DNA of 63,980 nucleotides, filler included, from Basidiobolus ranarum (Eukaryota): NCBI GenBank assembly GCA_040143965.1. It is 3 parts of 3 records of this genome, joined end to end, with 100 filler letters (N's around TTAATTAATTAA, not from the genome) between each part and the next. Parts side by side here need not be neighbours in the genome. Positions count along the whole stretch, not along the records: positions 45,978 to 63,980 come from JASJQH010000285.1; 2 more parts are not named here. One strand, 5' to 3'. Shown piece by piece: positions 52,557 to 63,980 of this stretch (position 1 is its first letter; each line of letters starts with the position of its first letter). The notes under the pieces were generated by a model. It saw only the letters and a program-made list of their open reading frames with translations, ran no database searches and was not told where the DNA came from. The position numbers and the translations under genes were made by a program.

Positions 52557-54225
52557 CTAAGAGTGAGGTTTGATACCGCAGTGAACTCCTTTGCCATTGA
52601 TTTTGATCCATTTTAAGTTCATCAAAGAGGCTTTAAAGTCTGCGACTACTAACTTTTCGTCTATTGACGCCACTTGCGTCAAATCTAGATGCTTTAATTC
52701 CTTACAGTAAACACGAATCTCTTCGAGGACGTGGCTAGATATCAAAGTACCAGTGATGATCAACGATTGAAGTCTGGGACCAACCTTTTGCAAGAAGTTT
52801 GAGATCCCCTTTTGATGTACCAACGGACGACTTCCACCAATCTCTGAATGCATAAACACTAGCTTGGTTAGCGAACGACAGCATTTGAAAACTGTGTTTA
52901 GTGTTTCAACGCCTAGCTTGCAACCTATTAATTCTAGGCTTGTTAGTTGGGGTCCGTAAGCCCCAAGAATTGGACATATGAATTCTGCGTCTTCACTTGT
53001 GATACTCAAACTCTTTAAGTTTGGGCATCCTTCACTAATTACCCGCGATACTGACGGAGGGAAAGGTCGGAAGGCAAGCAAGTTCAGTTCCACTAGATTT
53101 GATGCGCATGCAGAGAACAGCTTCTCCCATGCAGCAGAGTTGATCACATTTTCCATATCTGAATCATCTGAAGAGGGGGATCTGTAAAATGTCAAACGTG
53201 ACAAAGAATGTGACAATGTTGTGGTAAGAGCGGTGAATGACTCTTCATTTAGCCCGATCCCCCACAAATGAAGCGATTCTAAGGAGTTCATTAGAAGCCA
53301 CACAGCTTGATACATTCCTGGGGATATATACCCACCTCTCTGAATAACTGAGAAATGGCGAAGGCGATGTCCAAGCCCTTTGGCCAATTCTTCGACGAAT
53401 GTTGTCATTGCCTCTACATTAGGATCATGCCAATATTCGAAACTCAGGCTATCGAGTTCTGAGCAACGCTCAGTAATCCCTAGTAATCTATGTCCAGCAA
53501 ATGTGCCCGTTTTTAAGCTCAGTTGTTTCAAGTTTGGGGTCAATGTGGTTACTGATTCGATAAATGATGCTCCAAAATCACCCATATCAAAATCTTCAAA
53601 TTCTATAGTAAGTCGAACAAGACGACTCATGGAGGAGAGCCGTTCAAAATAGTCTATGTTTGTATTAACGTCGATAGCAAAAATACGAATTGTAATTTCT
53701 TCCAAGTATGGGCAGAGTTTCAAAATTTCAATGAGTAAAAGGAGTTCATTTCCTCGCGAGTTAAGTTTTCTGATAAAACGTATGTCCGTTGGAACCCCAT
53801 TACTCACCAGAGGCTGTAGGCTTCTAGCAGGAATCTCGGGAAGTTTTTTCAAGTTCCTTAGTCTTGGTAGAATGGTTGCTGGTAAATTCCGTGAGGACCA
53901 TTCTTGAATCCAATGAGCATCTAGAAAAATGCAACCCGAGAATATTGTTAACAGTGATACATTTTCTAGTCGTATGACTTCAAATTCAGAAGATATGAGA
54001 TAGATTGTACTTACGGGTTGAACTAGATAAAATTAGACTTTGTAACTGGAGGGAATACTCTTCACAACCTCCCATTACAGGCTTTCTCCAGAGTATACAA
54101 TTTGCTAATGGATGCCAGAGGTGGCATACTAGCGTGCATGAATATAGAGTACAATGGTCATCTTCTTTGGCAAAAAGCTCAAATATTTGCTTCAGTACCT
54201 CAGAGGGTAAAATCGATGCAATCAT
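52557..54225 (-). CDS. F-box / RNI-like leucine-rich repeat protein (exons 54225-54015 and 53920-52557)
   Basis: F-box LPSEVLKQIF..LYSCTLVCHLWHPLANCILW, followed by repeated CPxLxxLxL units. Confidence 0.85.
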
Positions 54226-54774
54226 ATATATACAAGTAAACAAGAGTTAAAGACGGGCGCTGATCGTGAAGCAGAAGAGCAATACTTAATAGTTAAAGTG
54301 ATTAGCCACACCAAGCTGTCACATTAATACCCCCGTCAAGTAGCCAATATTCGGAATCAATATTTCTAAAATCATGGCTCGCGACAAGACTGTGATTGGG
54401 TTTCACCAAATTTCCACTAAATCTGTATAAATCTCATGTAATGAATCTTTCGTTTTCAGAGCTTCTTCGTGTAGCTAATCTATCACTGATCATGACCACT
54501 GTGGCCTAACTATCAACGAGGCTGGGATTAAACAGATTATTCCATAATCGGCTTAAGTATTCCAAATGGCAAAAATGAAAAATCAAGCCCAAGAAAAAAA
54601 ATTAATTCAGCAGTCTTGGAGGTGATTTCAGTGTTTGATGTAGTTACAATAAATTCTTGGTGCAAACGATACAAATTTAGAGGATAGCTTCAAAAGACAA
54701 GGCTTTACTATTTTACGTAACGTTTTGTAAGACTCGCCTCAGACGCCTACACGTTTCCAAATAGAAGTATAGAA

Positions 54775-57329
54775 ATGACTGATGCCGCCAATCCAGTCGT
54801 TGACCGTGCTTTAGCACAGAAGACAGGGTTCACCTTATTACAAAGACGAGTAGTTTTTAAGGAATCAACAAAACCTGACCTTAAAATGAAAGCTTTAAAA
54901 CGAAAATATCGACCTATAAATGAAGACAGTCATTGGTCAACTCAATCAACGAGAGGCATTCAAGAAATTCGGGAGGCTATCACCGATTATACAACAGGCT
55001 CTTCAGCTGGGGAGTTCATCGATAGCCTCGGTTTTCGTCGACCTACACAGATACTTTTCAGAAAAGAGAGACTATCCACCAGCTGGGAGAACATTCTTCC
55101 AGTCGGTCCAGGTTTTAATAACCTAGGAAATACGTGTTATATCAATGTCATACTGCAAGCCTTAATTTACACTCCCCCTTTGACGAATTACATGCTGACC
55201 AAAGAGCATAGTTCCCTTTGTATGTGAATTACAAAACTTTCCAACTTTAATTCTTTCATGAATTAACTTTCTCTTTCTAGGCAAGATGATGGAATTCTGC
55301 TCTCTATGCGAGTTAGAGCAGCTGGCAAACCGCTGTTTTTCGTCAAACAAAATGACCGACGAAAATCAAGCTATCTCACCTAAAAAATTACTTGGCCACT
55401 TGCGAGGTATGAGCATATATCTATACCTTCAACTCCCTTATATAGAGGATTGACCACGAATAAATTCTTTGGAACATTTAGCTATCGCTAAAAACTTCCG
55501 TATTGGACGCCAGGAAGATGCACACGAGTTTGGTAGGTATTTCGTTGATGTCTTACAGCGCAACTGTCTGCATGGTTTCGATAGGTAAGTCTATTTATCA
55601 TTCAGCATCATTCAGCCTTGTACAGACACTGAATATTTTCTCTTACTAGTAAAATGGATGAGAGAATTAAAGAAACCACCCTGATTCACCAAGTCTTTGG
55701 CGGTTACTTAAGAAATGAGATCAAATGCTCTACTTGTGATTTCGAGTCGAACACATTTGATCCTATACTAGATTTAAGTCTAGATGTAAAGAATTGTAAA
55801 TCCGTAGAGAAAGCCTTAGAGATGTTTACCAAGTCAGAGAAATTAGTAGAGGATAATCAATATTTCTGTGAAAGGTAGGTCTATTAACGAGTTTGCGCTT
55901 TGATATGATAACTATTCCGATTACTAAAGATCCACTATAGATGCGATAAACTTTCAGATGCCGCAAAAAGAATGTCTATTTACGAGGCTCCAGTCGTGCT
56001 CACAGTCCAGTTAAAGAGATATCTCTCTAATTCCGAGACTGCTACGAAGTTGGCCAAGCCTATGTCGTATCCTGAGACGCTTGATATAAATCCTTATATG
56101 TCTAACGATAAAGTAAGCTCCTATGATATCATCGTAATTCTATTTTAGTGGAGTACTGATGTTTCTTTGTAAAGGATACTGTCCCATTATATAAGCTTTA
56201 CGCAGTCCTTGTCCACACAGGCAATTCCTGCAATTCAGGGCATTATTACGTTATGATAAAAGCGCCATCTGGTGCCTGGTATTCTATCGACGATGACAAA
56301 GTGAGCTTCTCTTTTTTTTGGTCGTTTCATATTACATCTAAATCCTGACCTCATATTCAATGTTAAGGTAAAGCAAGTAAGCCAGGAGAACGTTTTAAAA
56401 GAGAAAGCTTATATGCTATTTTACGCCCAATCAGCAATCAAACCATCAAAACCTCTAGATAAGCCTGCATCTATTGAGAAAGATTCTGTTCAGAACAAGA
56501 AGCAGATTGTCTCCACAACTTCTACCTCACCTTCTGCAATTAATGATGAGATAGGTGAAGTTATAAATCGAAAGGTATTCAAGAAGAAGCTTAAGGAAAA
56601 GAAGAAGGCTCTTCCTAAGCCAAAGCCTCAAGAAATACCATCTCAACCTGTTACCAAAGTCAAAGCTCAAGAGCCTGTTGCAGTTCAACTTCCTACTCTT
56701 GAAGTGTTTGAGCCAACTGTTGACGAGGCTACCTCACAGGGCCCCTCTACAATAATCAAGCCTCTTCCTGCTGTAAAATCCAGCGAAGTGGTTAGTCTAA
56801 AGACACAAGTAGAGAATGAGAAAGAAAGCCTTGTCAGCGAAGAGGACAAAGCCTTTATTAGAGAACTTAAAAAATCTACTGTTGTTAATGACGGTCCTAC
56901 AATTAGTTGGGATGAGAATGTCGAGAGCAAGCGAAGCAAATTGGATATCGTCATTGAAAAGGAAGCAGCTCGTGAACCTAAAGTATTTACTGAACTCAAG
57001 ACTAATTCTCAATTTGATCGCCAAGGTAGTCAAGATTTTTTAGTGAATTGTATTTATTCGAGATTGCTAACGTTTATAAATACTTTTACTCAGTTCTCTC
57101 TTGGGATGATACTGATAATGCTCAGAGTGCCCGTGAAGATATTCTTAGCGAATTTAAATCTAAGCATAAGCGCCCCTCAAGCTACGATGCCGAATATGAC
57201 CGTGGTAAAGTTAAGAAGGTCAAGGCTAAGAAAGAACATTTCTTCGCCGAAAAGAATTCGTTCCAAAGTGAGCAAAACTTCCGAAATCTCATTAAGAAAA
57301 CTCCATTCAAAAAGGGATCCAAGAAATAG
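54775..57329 (+). CDS. Ubiquitin C-terminal hydrolase, USP36/USP42-like (nucleolar)
   Basis: Cys box GFNNLGNTCYINVILQAL, GRQEDAHEF, His box VHTGNSCNSGHYY, and C-terminal YDAEYDRGKVKKVK. Confidence 0.9.
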
Positions 57330-57751
57330 ATCACAAACTCATCATTTTAGGACTTCATCTAATATATCACTAATTTTGATTTGCATATGGAGCTCACTGT
57401 ATCACGTATGCAATATTATTATTGACCATGTATATCTTTTTGTATTTGGAAAACGCCCAATAAATTCTTCGAATTTAATATTTTGACTCGCGTAACGCAG
57501 TAGAATTCAAGCTTCGAAATCAATGAAATGTGGATATATATATTGACGGATAACCAGCAACGCATCTTAAAGAAAGGTTTTATTTTATATATATTAGGGG
57601 AATCTTTTAATTGTGCTTTCAACGAAATTTACACCGAAAAAACTGTCATGGCGACAAAGAATGAAAAGCATTCATTACACGTTCTGCGATGCAATCATAA
57701 TTTTATGAGAGTTTCTGGTGATCTTATATTAGTTCAAGAAATGCATTTTAG

Positions 57752-60700
57752 TTAACTCAAGTTGATGGATTTTCTAGGAGATCTTTGCGCATTCGGATCT
57801 TTAAGTTCAAGCTGTTTAAGTGCATCAATTAATTGCGAATTAGCAGCCTCAACCCCTTCGAGAGAAAAGAGTTTATGGGTAAAATAATTCACATCTATCG
57901 ATAGTCTGTGCAAAGAAAAGATCCAAGATTAGTATTCAACTTGTAAATTTCCAGTTATTATGTATGATGTTACCTTTCTTTCCCTCCCTCCGTAGTGATT
58001 TCTAACTCCTCTATGGCTTCCTTGAGCCGCGACTCGTACATTGCCGTGACTCTGGACATAACGGACTAGGTGATTCAAAGTATATTAGTATAGGTCAGTG
58101 GAGCTTATGTTGTTAGAATTTGTATTACCAGAATAGTTTCACTCGGTAGATATTTGCTGAGTACTTTATGTAACGTCGTTGTTTCTTTAACAATGATTTC
58201 CATATAGCGATTGGGTTTTTCTTCAGTATTCGCCTCTGCGGGAGTGTCCCAATTTATAGCCTAGCAAGTCAAATTTTAGTATACTTTTAGAATGGTGATT
58301 TTCTACTTCAATTTATAAAAGACCTTGAGAGAACGACAATGAACAGTAGCTCTTTCCTTCATGATGGTGATAAGTTTCTCGTGCAATTCGCTTTGATGTT
58401 CTTTGAAGTCCTAAATTTGATTGGCTGATTAGCTGGTGAGGAGGCTAAATATTAAGTTTGTCTTAAAATTACCCTGAGTACACGGTCAAACTCGGTTAAA
58501 AGCATAGCCTGTTTTGCGGACATATTAACACGGATACAATTTTGAACAAAGGGTATGATGGCAATCACAACTCCAAGTGTTTGAGAAGCCAAAGCTACAA
58601 AGTTGCATACACATAGAGTAGTTAATTTCATGAGTATAATTGGGAAGTGTCAAGATAAGGGGTTGGCCTTAAAGATTACCTAAATGCTTCGCAGTGATGT
58701 TCTTCAAGCCAGCCGACCGCATGGCTCCAGCACCCAATATAACTTGGCATGTTCTTGAATTAAACAACTGTAGGAGGCATTAGGACGAGCCCATCAAAAT
58801 TGACTATGGGTTTACATTTCAAAATACCTTCAATAATTCAAGAATACGATGAAATACGTCTGTAGTTAAGACAGGGATATTGGATAAGCATTGTAGATAA
58901 TCCTCCAACATCTTGAGTAACATCAAGGCACATCCGACTACAAAATATTCTTCACCATCTACCACTAATTGACGGTGACTGGATGTCGCACTGCTGCTTA
59001 AAGTAGGTGTTGAAACACGATCAAGATCGATACTTTGAGAGCGCTTGGTGTCTTGATTAGTTTGGGATGGTATTTCGATAATAGGGCGGGCGCTATCCAA
59101 AGACTTTCGCTCTAGTTGTTGATCAGTTTGGTCACCTTTGTTTAGCCCCGATTTGAAGGATCGCGACTCATGTGAAGCAGTTATTATATCATCTACAATT
59201 TGTTGAAAATCAACAGGAACTTCAGCTTGAATCCATTGTTCACTTTCAATAAGCAAAGCAAGCTGTTTTGTCTTCTCCATGTGAAAACGCGTCAAGAAAG
59301 ATTTGGCCTAGGAATAGATATTAGGCATTAAACTCAAGCAAACTAAGCTAGTATGTTAAATGGTGTGGAGAGTATTCCTACCAAAGATGTAAGAGTTCCA
59401 CGAAGACCAAAGCAGAGTTTTTGACAAAAGAATTCTTCTTCCAAAATAAAGGACCACATCGTGGAGCATAGGCGATAAAAGTAGATAGGGTTTAGTTGAG
59501 CATTTTGTTCGTTACGCAGAGAAATTAGCTTTGAGCAGCGCAAATGGATAATATCTGAAAGCCCATGTAAAATTTCGGCTGACTCATTGATTAGTTTGAA
59601 AAATGGCGTTTCATGGTCCTCAGAGAGAGGGGGGAGAGAATGTGAGCGCTTTTCCATAGTGATTCCTAGGTAGTTGAGAGAATCGGAATGATTGTTCCTA
59701 CTGCCATGTTGTCCCGTAGGTTTATCATCGCTGATTTCTTTTAGAGTGTGAAACTCGCCTATATCTACTTCGATACCATGATTGAGAGCTTCATTCACTA
59801 CTTCTGCTAATAAGTCATGGATGGCAGCAGCCTTACGTATGTGATAGAGAAGCACAGAGAACATAGAAAGAAGTAGGCTAAAGAAAGCATCAAATGTCAT
59901 GGATCGTAATTGTTTTCCAAAATCCTCACTGAATAGGTTGCAAATCAGGTTTAATACAAAATACAAAAGGACGAAACAGCTGAATGCAACCATACCTGCT
60001 ATTTTTTTCGTGGTCCTTCAGAAAGTCCAACTTAATAACGGCTTTGAGATTATCTGGAAGTTGCTGAATAGAGATTTTCACAAATATTTCAACATCTGAA
60101 TAAAATGATATCTTAATAAATATTCAAAGAAAATACCTCTTTGATAATGTTGTCTATTTCTTTTGATAAAGCATCCTTATAAGAACTCAAAGCAGCAGAA
60201 ACTTGACCAGTCTTCAATAATCCAAGAAGTAATGGTGCTAGTAGACTCTTCAAGTACTCCTTCTCTTCAATGGTTGATAGTGAAGAGGTGAACGTGGACA
60301 AAGTATTAGTGTTCTGGAGTATTCCTTCCGGTGGCAACGATTGGAGGACAGTTTTGATTTCGTTAATATCAGATTCGGGAATTGGCCGCTTAAAATCTTC
60401 TATTACAACTCTGACAAACTCGCTTTGAAGCATCTTTGTGATAACATTAAACATCTCCGCCAGTTGACCATTGAAGTGTACCAATGCACGTACTCCTCGT
60501 ATGTCGATTGCCTTATTATGAGCCTTCTTAGGACTAGTTGGAGTAATACACTCTTCATTAAATCCATCCACATGTTTAACATCTATTTCGGGGATTTCAA
60601 ACTTCGCATTTGTGCCAAGTTCGTTCGTATGGGAGAGTTCAGACTTACTTTCGCCTTGGTGAGAATTATGAGTACCATTCAAGGCTCGATTGGCCTCTGC

Positions 60701-61675
60701 GATTAAATCAAGTGCGCCAATAAAGTCACTTTGACCGAGTAAAACCTGAATCATGGGCTGTGTTGTCTTTACCTCCGCTACCATCTTGACACTCTGGAAT
60801 AGTACGGTTAAGTTAGTTCTACGTCTTTGTAGGCGAATGACATCAAGTCCTTTCTTTGACTGTCGTTCAGAGAGCTTGGCCATTTTATCTCTTAAAGTGT
60901 GTATTTTTGAAACACAATACTGTGTTTCTCCGTGAATTTCTTGCAAGTTAGATACTGCTGCAAAGAAGGCCGGAGATCGCCTCGAGATCTCCTTAGTTAA
61001 ACGAACTTCAACTGAATCCAAATATTGAGATAATTTCTCTTGTAGTGCAGTGCTCTGTTCTATTATTAGCTCACGATCGTTTCCTTCAAACATACCAACG
61101 CCATTACAAACATCTTCGAATGTTTCTGGATTTTCCAAATTGAAATCAGGGCTGAAAAAGATATCTGGAATTCCTTCTAAAATAATGGGATCGGTTGAGG
61201 TGATTTTTTTGTCGTAAGTACCCTCACTGTCTTCTGTGGAGGATTCTGAGCCATCTTCAAACGTAGATTCGATTGTTCCTAAATCATCAGAAAATAAAGA
61301 AACCCCCGATTTTTTGTTGGCTTCGTAATGTTCAAATACCGGGGCAATTTTCTTGATATACTCATCGAAGTCAGACATCTTTACTTTTTTTATGGCTGCA
61401 TGGGGTACAATTGGTAGGTCACCCTTGTGAATTTTAGGTGCGGCGTGACCGCCACGCTTTGGGTCGTTCAGAACACCTGAGATAGCGTTCTTTCCAATTT
61501 CCCTAGTTGGCCAACGCTTCCCTGTGGATCCAGCATCATATATGGAAGAAACTGATGTTAAACGGGAACTGTGATGTTTTGGACGTGAGGTAACACTGGC
61601 TATTGAAGCGCTATCTGTGGAATCCGGGCCATTTACTGAGATATCAGATTTCCCAGGAGAGTTAGGAGATGACAT
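57752..61675 (-). CDS. VPS54: GARP complex subunit Vps54 (multi-exon)
   Basis: Motifs ISGVLNDP, LQEKLSQYLDSVEVRL..EISRRS, LLIESEQW, FNSRTCQVILGAGAMRSAGLKNITAKHLALASQ and KETTTLHKVLSKYL. Confidence 0.93.
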
Positions 61676-62883
61676 ACAAGTGTAAGATAATATTTATGTA
61701 ACAAAGAGAAATTAAAAACTATGGTAATGTCACAGAGCCTTTCCCTCTTGAGCAAGAAAGCAAGGTTGCTTGTAAGGCTTTGGTGGCTGTCTAACGTATG
61801 AGTCTATCCTTATGCATATATTGATCAATCAAATTCAAAATTGATCAACCTGAGTTGGTACTGTTTATGCTATGCTCAACATAAGCAAAGTAGTTTAGGT
61901 TGTGTGTTTATAGTTGTATATTAATGCTTCAGATCTTGAAAATTGATTCTAGATGCAATCGCTACTATTCGAGCCTTACCTGCAGATATCGTTGGTATGT
62001 AATACGTAATGTATCAATGGTGTATACTATTTATGATGGTGTATCCATATCAATTTGGCTGCTAGGATAAAGGACGTTAAAGCTGTATTTGCTGAATTCA
62101 TCTATTAAGCCTATCCTTGCTTGTGTTGGTACTTTGAAGAAATGGCTTGCGTTGATATGCCATATTTCACTCTAGTAAGAGATTTAGCACGTTTCTCTAC
62201 CGCACCTGGCCAGAAAGAATATCAAATTACGCCAGTAAGGGCTATATGAAATAAATGAAGGCGACTAGAGCTATATATATAAATAATTTCCCTGTTGAGC
62301 AATCAACATCATCGTTGGCCCAATTATACCGTGTCATTTTGAAACACGCTATATGCAGCAGCACTGTGTGTATCATCCTAAAGATTTCTTTGATTACACG
62401 TTCACTTCTGTCGGGACATAAATCAATGCAAGTCATGCGTGGATGTTGCTTTTCGTATGATGACTTTTATCCTATTTTCTGTTCATGTAATAGAATATTG
62501 AGATGATGTGATGGATTTGAAATTTTGACACACTCACCGTACTGCGCGATCATATGACATAGCTTGCCCAAGCCAATAATAATCTACAAACTTTCCAAAA
62601 ATTTTCTGTACTGAACAAACTGTGCCTTAGGAAAATGCTTAGGCACGATCCTCATTCAAGTTGGGTTAGGGTCAGTTCAATCCATTGCAGCATCTGTCTG
62701 ATTGGATTGATCTATATCTGTAATGCAGTCCATTTTTACAGTCACATTCAAAAGTAGCGTGTCCTCATGTTGCTTAGTCCTTTTACTCAATAGACCCTTT
62801 CTGATTAAAGTTGCTTTCCAATATTAACAGCTGTTGAATTCTACTTTTAAAGTACTCCTCTTGTGAATAAACCTTGGTGATTT

Positions 62884-63980
62884 ATGGACAGACCGTTTTT
62901 AGGAACCTCAATCCTGTCTGATTCAGATTCGGATTCAAATTCAAATTCTGAACTAGAAAACACCCCACCACCATCTTTTCACCTCTCGATAACGGAGCAA
63001 GATGATTCAACTCCAACTCATCAACTGCCGCCTCGGTTTTTCTCCTCAAATCCTCTCAACATGGTACTTCAATTCTTGCGTCAGCTGTTAGCTAAATTAG
63101 GGTTTAACAGGATTCTTTCAAATCCAGCTTGCTTCTAGCATTTATTTAGAGACTGTTCCACCAACCATTCAAAATTCAGTTTTGTCAGATAATACTACCG
63201 AAGAAGAATTACTTCCTCAAGTCGAAGCACAGGTACTTGCCTCTCACAAAGTTGTCCAGGTTTCTCGAATTATATATTTATCAGAATCAAATCTAGATCA
63301 GCGTAGAACCTGATATGTTGGCCGTCCGAAAGAAATACAAAGATACCTTCTTTGCTGGTCTTTATGCTTTGACACTTATGACTTTTCTTGTTACTGGGAC
63401 AGTATTGATCTTCTCTACTAGCGTAAGTATAATAAGGCTAATTTGTCAACCACCCATAGCGCTAAAAGTTCGTATTTTAGTCTCGATTACTAGGAGATTT
63501 CTTCAAAAAGAGTATATACGCCACGCTAAAAAATACGTTTGGTGAGTCTGTTAAAAAGATTTTACGTTAGCTACCATAGCTCATCTCTTTTTCGCAGGAG
63601 TTTTGACCCTGATCATTATCTGCGCAATTTTCATGGGATTAGCCTGGTTTTATGCATTGAGACGTTATACAAAGGTCGAACCAGTATAACACCAATCTGA
63701 TATTTATGAACAGCTCTAATTTATATTAATTATCTAGCATTTGGTATGGTTTGCTTTAATATCTACACCTATTCTCGGAATTATTTTATTTGTGTGGGCA
63801 CTGTCTGAGGCCCTTTCGTTTGACACGTCGAGGTATGGATTCGGACCTGGCAGGTAAAGTAGTTTGTTAATATGAATTGAAAAGAATCAAAGTTAAACTC
63901 AATTACTATCGATAGCTTGTCCATTTTTTCCTTGATCCCGTTATCGTTGAGTCTTCTTCATAGTGTTTTTGTCCTGCAAA
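62884..63980 (+). CDS. Choline transporter-like (CTL/SLC44/Pns1-family) membrane protein, 5' part; truncated by the window end
   Basis: Acidic N-terminus, RKKYKDTFFAGLY..F motif and successive hydrophobic exons separated by GT-AG introns. Confidence 0.6.

Overview
This is a gene-dense, AT-rich eukaryotic genomic window with short GT-AG introns. It is inferred to come from an early-diverging fungus (Basidiobolus/Mucoromycota-like), based on gene content such as an animal-type threonine dehydrogenase and a CEP57-like protein. It holds about 26 protein-coding genes, mostly housekeeping: TDH, Ase1/PRC1, Cep57/Ppc89, MPC1, ZIP9, AAT2, a cytochrome b5-acyl-CoA dehydrogenase fusion, USP, TFIIS, RPL38, LYAR, MAP1, AVT1, RPL17, HRD3/SEL1, RPL42, a WD40 protein, LIP2, an F-box/LRR protein, USP36, VPS54 and a CTL-like transporter. 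There are two 100-nt scaffold gaps carrying an artificial TTAATTAATTAA linker and several CpG-depleted transposon relics. The most notable items are: (1) an unusually long, highly structured first intron in TFIIS containing either a hairpin-sequestered 38-nt poison exon or an Sm-site snRNA-like RNA; (2) a tandem pair of secreted, bacterial-type CBM9/DOMON-like genes with a shared intron and conserved Kex2-type dibasic sites; (3) an obligatory 4-nt micro-exon in MPC1. All gene models were spliced by eye and no database search was run.
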